A stretch of 64,000 bases of DNA. Source: Diplonema japonicum. Taxonomy: Eukaryota > Protista > Euglenozoa: Diplonemea. Of this stretch, positions 46,919 to 55,800 are shown one piece after another. Location: positions 682,001-746,000 of the forward strand of contig OZ025654.1 of the NCBI GenBank assembly GCA_964019335.1, given 5' to 3'. The notes under the pieces are model-generated. The model ran no database searches. It was not told the DNA's origin and was given only the letters and a program-made list of their open reading frames with translations. Positions within the stretch are counted from its first letter, which is position 1; every line of letters starts with the position of its first letter. Made by a program: the position numbers and the translations under genes.

Positions 46919-47287
46919 AGATGAGATAAAGGAGGTTCCTGTTTTGGAACGTCCCCCTTGTCTCTACTTATCTACCGCTTTCTCCCTTCTGGGGCCTCGG
47001 CCTTTTCTATTTTGGCTGTGTTGCCTTTCTCAAAGTATCCTCTCTTTCTTCTTGCCACTTTCTGCCCAGTTTCTTAAGGTCCTTCTTGGTTTTCTCTGAT
47101 GCAAAAACTGGCCTTCTGTTCCATCCCAGACTCTTCTTCGCACCTATGGTTCTAAGCGCGTGGTTCTTCTGGCTCTGCGCTGGGAAGATCCGCTTGCCTC
47201 TGACCTTCTTCTGTATGCGTGCTGTGTCCCACCCTTCTTGGATTCTTTCCAGGAGGCCGTGGAAACTCCGCGCTTTCTTCTGTTCTG
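46919..47287 (-). mobile_element. Second 5'-truncated copy of the LINE-like C-terminus and tail
   Basis: Manual translation gives QKKARSFHGLLERIQEGWDTARIQKKVRGKRIFPAQSQKNHALRTIGAKKSLGWNRRPVFASEKTKKDL, colinear with the 6310-6768 ORF, with a similar 3' tail. Confidence 0.7.
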
Positions 47288-47475
47288 AAAGAAAAAAAAA
47301 GGGGGGGGGGAGGACTCACTGTGAGGGAAACGAGGCCAATCGAACAACACATCTGATATACTTTATCTCCATGTTATCCACCTCTTGTCACTATTGACGA
47401 AGACAATCCCATTATGAGAATAAGAACAACGACGGGCTTACCATTCAGAAAAAATAATAATTTAATAAATTATTT

Positions 47476-48168
47476 ATTTAGTGAAAATAAGATCGTATGA
47501 TTTTCACGCGTGGTGGCAGTGGTTTAACGAGTGGGTATATGACTTCACGAGCGAAGCGAGTGAAGTAACATCAACGAGTTAAACATGCCACCACAAGTGA
47601 AAATCGGATCTATTTTCACTAAATCCGTTGTTTTATTTAACGTCAGCCAGATTTGAAAGGGTGGGGTATTACAAGTTACAAATTACAAATTTTACTGGGG
47701 GTGCTTATGGTTGATATTGATTGTCAAGGCACATCCTGTGTGGTGCGGGCCGTGCGTCCATGGGTGCTGACAGGACCTCGGTCTGGACCTGTGGGTGCTG
47801 CCTGGGTTGCTGAGGTTGCTCCACTAGCAGCTGTTACCGCTGCTAGCTTGCCAAGCCCACCTCTCTCCCCTTCTGTTGAGAGAGGCGACCAGATCCTTGA
47901 GTGACGTAAAAAGTGAGATTCCCAGATTCAAACCGGGGTTTCCAAAACAAGGGGCCTGTGTGGTAACCACTTGAGCGATTTTCCCTTGCTGTGGGCAAGC
48001 GTGCATATAAAGTACTTTATATTCACTCATAAAGTAATTTTCATTTCTGCCCCTGTTTTCTTCCTTAAACAAGCCTGAAATCTGCCGTGAAAATAAAGTG
48101 AAGCGTGAAATAATGTGAAATATTATATTCACTCCCACCCTTGAAAATCTGACTGGAGTTATATAAAA
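47476..48168. mobile_element. Non-autonomous element with a long terminal palindrome, Crypton-like architecture
   Basis: Imperfect 149-nt inverted repeat at 47476-47624 centred on CTTCACGAGCGAAGCGAGTGAAG. The far end has GTGAAA/TTCAC motifs and CTGGAGTTATATAA. Confidence 0.5.
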
Positions 48169-48573
48169 ACAAAAAACAAAAAAGAAGGACCTTTGCGGCT
48201 CCTTCCGAGTAATAAGAAGGACTCTTTCAACCCCTTCCTCACCACATAATATCTTTGGGGGGCAGCTCATCTTCATCATCTTCCACATCCTCATCTTCGT
48301 CATCATCTTCGTCACTAGTTGTAGAGACCAACCCGTTTGAGCAAAAGGACACCTTTTCACGTTCTTTCGACAAACTTGGCAGAATAGCTGATGCAAACAA
48401 TTCCTTGTCCTCCCAGTTTCTGCAGGCCCTCCCTCCGTCTTTCGTGACATCCTTAATGCTGATGAACGTCATGTATTTCTTCTTCTTTTTTTTTTTCACT
48501 GCGTTTTTTTTTTTTTTTTTTTTTGGTAAAACAAATTTCAGAAAAGAATCTATACAGAAGGGGGGGGGGGGGC

Positions 48574-49383
48574 TCACTGCTTTTTAAAAAACGATGTTAT
48601 AGCCATGTTCCCCTTCGGCTTCCCATCACGCACGCTCTTCTTGACGGCCATTGAGGCAGTTGACAGTGCAGCTTTTTTCTTCGCTTCTTCGTCTTCCTCC
48701 CTTTTGCGCTTGAGGTCCACGTCACGTTCCACAAAGGCAGTCGTGTGCCGTTTGTAGGCCTGTCCTTGCAAAACATCAAAGCTTGAGACGGACACGCCGA
48801 CCTGCTCGCACAGCATGGCGAAGATGTCCTTCGGGAGGTACTCGTGCAGGAGGTCCAGGACTTGCATGCGGCGCTCGTCTTCTGATGTCTCGACCTCGTT
48901 GGAAGGCCTGTCACCATCGTACCATCTGCACAGGACTGGGTGGTTCAAGAGCTTCTTGTATTTGCACAGGGCGTAGGCAGCACATTTTTTCATGTTCAGC
49001 TTGTGGAATTTATCCTCGCCGAGCACCTCCATGTCGCATACTGCTCCGTACCTGTCCCTGAACCCCTCCAGACCCTTCGGGACCTCTGTCTCGTACTCCT
49101 TGCTGCCACCCGCCAGGTCTGCCATGATGACCAGCACCACGTCCACCTCGTTCAGCGTCCACAGCCTCCCATCCTGCACCACGCGGTTCCCGATGGCCCA
49201 GCTCGCTGCGCTTCTGCAATGCGACCTCACCTCGTATACCCTGCCCCCACCCACTGCGTACGCCTTGCCGTTCACCGTGTGCAGGTCCACCTGCTTCACG
49301 TCCTTCGGTGCACACACCACACGGTACTCCTTCATGTCCTGCCGGGTGCTGTCCTTCACCAACACGTCGTCCCGTGCCGCCAT
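48574..49383 (-). CDS. RNASEH2B: Ribonuclease H2 subunit B
   Basis: Motifs YEV...SWAIGNRVVQDGRL...VDV and VCD...KLNMKK, plus the C-terminal PIP-like KGNMAITSFFKK. Confidence 0.85.
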   Translation of the reverse strand: MAARDDVLVKDSTRQDMKEYRVVCAPKDVKQVDLHTVNGKAYAVGGGRVYEVRSHCRSAASWAIGNRVVQDGRLWTLNEVDVVLVIMADLAGGSKEYETEVPKGLEGFRDRYGAVCDMEVLGEDKFHKLNMKKCAAYALCKYKKLLNHPVLCRWYDGDRPSNEVETSEDERRMQVLDLLHEYLPKDIFAMLCEQVGVSVSSFDVLQGQAYKRHTTAFVERDVDLKRKREEDEEAKKKAALSTASMAVKKSVRDGKPKGNMAITSFFKKQ

Positions 49384-49499
49384 GATCACAGATAGCTGTG
49401 TGACAGTGGCAAGAAGAGAAAAGGAAAAGGAAGGCCAAAGAGCAAAACAGCAAAAAGAAAACTATTAAGGAATGTGCTTTTGCGCTCCCGGCCGAGCTG

Positions 49500-49690
49500 A
49501 GCTTTGTTCTCGATGTCCCCGTTCTGGGGCTCTGGTCAAACTGCATCGCTCCGGGAGTACCGGCCTCCATACCCGTGTGTGGTCGGTCCTCCAATACAGC
49601 GCAGGGAGTTGACGCGCTCCACTCGCGTTGCCGGGAACGCCATCAGCGTGTACAGGTCCTGTTCACGTCTCAGCACATACCGCAGCTTCT
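49500..49690 (-). mobile_element. Diverged LINE-like C-terminal relic
   Basis: KLRYVLRR...AFPATRVERVNSLRCIG aligns with AFPAEPCTRVHTLRSIG of the 6.3-kb fragment; DNA blocks are shared with 11182-11342. Confidence 0.55.
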
Positions 49691-50925
49691 TTCTTAAACA
49701 AAGAAGAAATAAAAGCATCAGGGTTAGTATCATTATGGTTAGTATCACTATGGTTAGTATCACTATGGTTAGTATCGGCAGCCTGTTTAGCGGCGAGCTC
49801 CTTGCGGACAAGCTGCTCAGTCTCGTAGTCTGTCATCTGGAGTGCGGTGAGGCCGAGATGACAGGTGAGGGAAAGGTCGGGGGGCGTTCGGGCCTCTAGC
49901 ATAGCAAGGAGGAATTGAGTGCGGTTGAGGGACGCGGCAGTCATGAAGGGTGTCCAGGAGGAAGGAGTGCACGTGTTGGGGGAGGCTCCGCGGGACAGCA
50001 ACAGCTGGAACATGGGGTGATCCCCTTTGAGGATGGCGTGATGCAGGGCGGTGTGCCCTGCGCTGTCAGTGTCGTTGATAATACCCTCATCCCCCTCCGC
50101 CAGCACTCGTGCCACTTCATAGATGTCACTGTTTGCAGCAGCGTCCGGAAGCTCGCAGGCAAACCTCTGCTTCATCCCTATGATCTCTGCCATGTACATG
50201 TCGTTCACCTCACCAGTCTGCTTCAGGAGCTCTCTGCGCTCCTCTTGCAGACTCTCGGTGGTCATCTGCAGCTTCGTGTTTGCATACAGCAGCTCCATCA
50301 TGTGTTCCTTGTCACCGTGGTTGGGCGTGATGCCACGCAAAATCCCCAGCCGCACTTCAGTCATCCTTCCCATCACCTCATATGCCGACGCACCCTCGGC
50401 CATGCAGCGGTACACCCTCTGCAGCGACGATGAGTAGTCGCCTATCGGAGTGTCACCAACCAGCTTTCCGAGCAAATCGTAAACCCGCTTGACACTTCTT
50501 TGTGTACCTTCTTTATCCTCCATCCTCCGCATGAACCTCAGGCCTCCAAGCAGTGGCTTCTGATCGAAGAAGAGAACTGTCGCCTCTGTGATGTCATCGT
50601 GTACGAGCCCCTCTTGTTCCAGCCCAACAATTGCACCCATCAGCGCCTCGATGTACGCCCACAGTGCGTCCTCTGTGGCACGCCCCTTGCTCCCCAGGTT
50701 CCCTTCAGGAAGCTCTTCGATAAGGAAGAGCCACCCTTCTGTGCCGTTTATCTGCTCCAACACAGGCACCACGCACCTGTGCACGGGTAAATCCACCTTC
50801 TTGTCCTTCACACACTCCACATGGTACATGTCGCTGCCTTTTGCCACGCGGACCACGCCGTCCAACTCCATCTCCACCAGCCGGTACCCCTTGTCCACCA
50901 AGCACGAAAGAAAGTTCGAATCCAT
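49663..50925 (-). CDS. Pseudokinase, coiled-coil and ankyrin-repeat protein
   Basis: Kinase-like fold with a degenerate catalytic loop LVHDDITEATVL and GGL in place of DFG; ankyrins GHTALHHAI, WTPFMTAA and GLTALQM. The 3' end is uncertain. Confidence 0.75.
   Translation of the reverse strand: MDSNFLSCLVDKGYRLVEMELDGVVRVAKGSDMYHVECVKDKKVDLPVHRCVVPVLEQINGTEGWLFLIEELPEGNLGSKGRATEDALWAYIEALMGAIVGLEQEGLVHDDITEATVLFFDQKPLLGGLRFMRRMEDKEGTQRSVKRVYDLLGKLVGDTPIGDYSSSLQRVYRCMAEGASAYEVMGRMTEVRLGILRGITPNHGDKEHMMELLYANTKLQMTTESLQEERRELLKQTGEVNDMYMAEIIGMKQRFACELPDAAANSDIYEVARVLAEGDEGIINDTDSAGHTALHHAILKGDHPMFQLLLSRGASPNTCTPSSWTPFMTAASLNRTQFLLAMLEARTPPDLSLTCHLGLTALQMTDYETEQLVRKELAAKQAADTNHSDTNHSDTNHNDTNPDAFISSLFKKEAAVCAET
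49722..49776 (-). repeat. 15-bp tandem repeat GATACTAACCATAGT x3.7
   Basis: Directly visible; each unit contains TACTAAC on the sense strand. Confidence 0.95.
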
Positions 50926-50979
50926 ATTGAGCTCCTGTAGGAAGATGAGTTGGAGGGGTAACCGAGACTAAAAGATTCA

Positions 50980-52781
50980 TTACCCCTTCTTCCCCCTTAA
51001 CACCGCTCGGAAAGTCTCTCCGAACACCGTCTGTGCGTCGTCCAGTACGCGCTATGTGAGTGGTCACCAATTGTACTTATTGTACATACCTTGGACTCTG
51101 GGTAGCTCTCGTCTTCTTCGTCGGAGGTGAAGACTTTGTTTTCCGCACGCCTCGCTAAGGTGGCGCGCATCATTTCTTCGACGTTCTGAAAGGATAAAGT
51201 ATGGCATTGCGTGCACACCTCTTGAAATAAATATAGGCATATCGGCAGGCCAGCAATGGTCATCTTTGCATTGAACAGTGGGTGCTGCAGCTTCACGGAC
51301 CCGATGCCCTTGCAGCAGTTCCCGAAGGACACCATCGCCGTGGTGTACTCTTCTAAGTTAAGCAACTCCTTCAGAAGCTTCGCCATCAGAATGGAGACGG
51401 TCATCTCTGTTTTGAACAAGTCGTCGAGCTGTTTCTTGAACTGCACCTTCAGCTCCTCGGCCTCCTTCTCTAAGTTGTCGGAGTAAATACCCTTCCTGGC
51501 AGCCACGTTGAGTGGGAAGTTCGCCAGCGAGTCGACGACAGAGCGAACCGCCTCACGTGAAGAGTTCGCGCTGATATTCAGCTCTGCTGACTCGAAGATT
51601 CGTGACAGCGCACATTGCAGAACAGCGTTTCTCCGTTCACTCACATCGTCCAGCGTCTCTTCTGTGACAAGATGGCTGAAGATGAAGGATTCGAAGAGGT
51701 CATTTACGTGTGAGGACATCTTCGTGTGGGCTTGCACAGACAACAAGTCCAGCATATCTAGGATGGGCGCCTCAGAGTCCCATCGCAAGAATTTCTCGCC
51801 GTCCTGCTGTGTCTGAACCAGCAGCGATGCCACCGTGAAGATCTTCCACCCACATTCGTCGGGGTTATCAACGTGCATGAACAAAGACGTGATCTCCTGC
51901 AGCATGTCGTCATCTGTTCGTACGTACCCCACGAGCCGTATTCTACCGTCCACGATCTGTGCCTCAGCATACATCTGTTTCGACACCTGTTCGGCGAAGG
52001 CGCTGTTCGCACAGTTAACGGCGCTTTCCACCTCCTTCATGTCCACGTTGTCCCTCATGTCGAAGAACACTTCTATCAGGTACCTCATCGATACCTCATC
52101 GACAGCCCCCAACACGGTGATGGGGTGCTTCGGGAGCACACGTTCCACCTCCTCCCTGAACTGGTTGGGGTCTGAAGGAATGGCAATGCAGTTGATTGCC
52201 GTCTTTGGTCGCTCAGTCCCATTCTCGTCAGCTGTTGCACCGATAGTTGCGTTCACGGTCAGGGACTGCGAGAAGTGCGCCGTGTCAACGCGGCGGGTGT
52301 GCGTTCGTTTGATGTGCTCCTTTAGGTCCTCTGCCGCGAATCGTGCTTTTAGTTTGGCTTTCATCAGCTCGAGTTTAATCCCCTTGGTCCCGCCTCGTTC
52401 GGAAGACGACCCCCACCACAGGAGGAACTCCTCGAATCCCAACTGGTTGTCCGTATCTGTGTCTAGCTCATCCATTGCATTCCGTACCTCTTCCTCTGTC
52501 ATTTCGTAGTGTAACTCCGTAGCCACCTTCTGCAGCTCACCGACATCGATGCTCCCACTGCCATTCTGGTCGAACAGGTTGAATACTGCCCGGATCTCAC
52601 GACGTTCCTTTTCATTAAACTTCTTCAGTTCCTCTTCTCTCAGCTTTTTCTCTCTGGACTTCATTTTCGCTTCTTTTATCTTGTCCTGCAGTTCCTTCAG
52701 CTTCGCATCTTCCTGCCGCATCATCACCAACAGCTCATCCTTCGACAAGTCTTCAAGGTTCACATCGACATGCTGTTCCAT
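50980..52781 (-). CDS. EF-hand protein; probable join(51090-52781, 50980-51051), 587 aa
   Basis: EF-hands DQNGSGSIDVGE and DTDTDNQLGFEE; start MEQHVDV at 52781. A putative 38-nt intron lies at 51052-51089 (AAG|GTATGT...CATAG|CGC); the unspliced ORF would end at 50997. Confidence 0.8.
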
Positions 52782-52835
52782 CCTACCTGTGGTGCTGCCA
52801 AAAGGTGAGGGCAAGGACACGCAACAATACTAAAA

Positions 52836-55800
52836 CTACTTACTCAGAAGCAGCGCCTTCATGGCTGCCTCACTGCATATATCTAATGCTGAAAGGTTAC
52901 TGTGGTCCGTGACTCTAGGGTTGGCGCCATGCTTCATGAGCACAGCGGCAGTGCCAGTCTGGTTCCACATCACAGCATCCATCAAAGGAGTGCGCCCGAA
53001 GCTTATGCACGGGACGTCGGTCCTGCTGCCGTACGCAATGAGCAAGCAGGAAATATCAATCATACCATGCTCTGCGGCCCAGTGGAGCGGTGTTGCGCCT
53101 GTTTGCAAGTTCAAAGCTTCATGTATCACATACCTCTGCCCGTGGTGGCGTGTACACTGGCGCCATTCTCCAGTAGGATCTTGCAAAGACCTAAGTGTCC
53201 AGCCCGTGCTGCTGCGTGCAGAGCGGTGTGTCCTGTAGAGATATATGTGGTCACGCTGTGAACATACTTGTCCCCGTACTGAAACAGGCATTGGGGTTGT
53301 ATCCCGGGGTGGCAACGGCATCGCGGACCGCACTCTCGTCGCCTTCGCGCGCGGCAAGGATCACAGAGTCGTGGTACCTAGCCGGGAGCTGTATGGGCCT
53401 TGGCTCCGGCTCTGGTTCGGTAAGCACAGTTCTGCGAAAAGGAGAAGCTAAAGTGGGAGACGCCACAGGTGAAGGCAGCCGATTGGCCCCCGTGCTCCGT
53501 GGCGACAGCGATGCGCTATACAAGGAACGCTGCTCCGAAACAGCTTCTTTGATGCCCGACATCTCCTGAGCCATCGACGCCATATCTGTCTCGGCTTCCT
53601 TCCACCTCTTGCCGTGCAATTCTGACAGTTGCGACATTTCGTCTTTGTGCTGCTGCGACACTTTGCTCACAGCTTCCTCAACAAGCGTCTCCCTGCATTC
53701 CACCTCTTCTGTTAGGCGCTTGGTAACTTTCATGAGCTCAGCGTTCGCCTTCAGCAGTTTCACGTTGTCGCTCTCGACAGCATGCTTCACGCCCAGCCTC
53801 GTGAGCGCCTTGAGATCTCCCGTGCATGCTTCCATGTCTGCTTTGATTTTCATGAACGTCACTTCCTGCTCTGCTACATCGGTCCGCTTCAGTTCTAAGT
53901 ACAGGACACGCATGTTGTTGGCCAGCCTGTAGACCTCTGCACGACGGTGGCTAGCTTCCTTCGAGCTGTCGCTGTCCATACTATACTTCTGCAGTGTTGT
54001 CAGCTGCTCTGCAATCCTCTCATCCTTATCTCTGTTGTCTTTCTGCAACTCCATGATCTTGTCGCAGAAGTTCACTGTCGTGATCTCATCCTCACTCTTC
54101 CTGTCTCGCAAGCTCCTCAAGCTACGAACTTCACTTGTCAGTCTCGCAATCTCCCTACACCTCTCACGGACCTCTTCTTTGGCTTCGCCCAACGCTCTCT
54201 CCATGTTCGCATATCCAACTGATTTCATCTCTGTGTTCTTGTAGCTTTCTAGTTCCTTGCATTGAGATGTGTACTTCTCTTCAAGACTCTTCTTCTCGGC
54301 GTCTAGCGTTTTGTGTTGCTCGTTGGAATCCTCCAGCTCAGCATACATGGCGTCGCACTTCTCTTCCAGAGCCCTGTCTTGTGAACATTCTGCTGCTGTT
54401 ACTCTTAGCTGTTCGTTCTCTGTAAATAGATCCTTACATCTCGTCTCCAGATCTTTCATTGCTGCGTCACTTATGGCGCATCTCTCTTCTGCATCCTCTG
54501 CTTTGCTGAACATGGCATCGCACTGCTCCTCTAGCTCCCTGTGCTTCACAAGTTCCGCCCGCAGCTTCTCTAGAGCTTCCATTTGTTCCGCTGCCGCCAT
54601 TCGCAAGGACTCATTTTCGTCATTTAGCTCACGGCCCTGTGCAACTCGTGCCTCACAGGAGGCCGTCTCCTGTCTCAGTTCTTCCAATTCGTCGGCTTTT
54701 GCGGCTAATCGTGTTGCGTGCTCTTCCACCTGCTTCTTCATGTCTGTCACTTCACACTCTTTTTCCCTGATAGCTGTTTCCATCGCTTCAAGACGTTCTT
54801 TCAAGGTGTCGGCATTCACACTGCTCAGCTCATCCCTCATCTGTGCCAATGTAGTTTCGTATTCATCGGATGCATCGTTCAGCTTTTGCTGCAGGTCTTT
54901 CACTTCGTCACTGAGCTTCAGGTTTGCTGTGCTGCTTGCTTCAAGCTGCGCTTCAAGCTCTGAAACACGTGCGTCGTTATCTTCTAGCTTTTGCAGCCTT
55001 ATGCTTTTCAAGGTTTCTTCTTCCTGAAGGTTTCCGGCTACAACTTGCAGATCTTCAAGTTCCTTGCTCAACCTAGCGCTCGCTGCTTGTTCTGTTTCAA
55101 GGGTTGCCTCGCGCTCTTCAGTATAGGCTTCAAGTGCTTGTACTTTCTCCTCAAGCAAGACGACCTCTTTCTGCGTTTTGACCAGCTCCCCAGCCACAGC
55201 CTCATGCTTCGCGATGCTCTCGTTCAACTCCTCTTTCCTTTCAATCAGCTGCTTCTCAAAACCCCCCGCCTCCTCACCCCTTGCCTTCTCCTTCTCTTCT
55301 GCTGTTGCCAGCAGCCTGCCCACTTCACTCTTCAAAGCACCCACCTCGTCGTGCAGCTTCGCGTTCGCTGCCTCTTCTACTTCGAGTCTCTTACTGGCGG
55401 TAGCAAGTTGCTTGCCCGAATCATCAAGTGCATCCTGAAGCTTGGCACTAGTCACCTCTTCTTCGCTAAGTTCCTGTGCCCGCCTTCGCTGTTGCTCTTC
55501 ATGTGCCGTCCTCGAACTGCTGATGCTATCTTCTAACTTGGTCACCAGGGATGCATGCTCACGAACACTGTTGCTGTGCTTTTCTTGCAGTGCTTCGAGT
55601 AGCTCTTTTTGCTCTTTGATCTCAGTCTCATGGGCTCGGATCTTCTCCTGCATTGAAATGCCTTCTCCACGTACTTTGCACAACATTGCTCCACTTTCGT
55701 GCAACTCTTTTGTTTTTTCAATAAGCTGCTTCTCGAGAACATTTGCCTCTTCACCTTGTACTTTTTCATTCTCTCCCGCTGTTGCTCGGAGCCCTTCCAT

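Noticed and set aside
48239-48472. Small acidic ORF (MTFISIKD...DEDEDVEDDEDE)
   Set aside because: Short with no recognisable motif; could be a relic or exon but cannot be supported.
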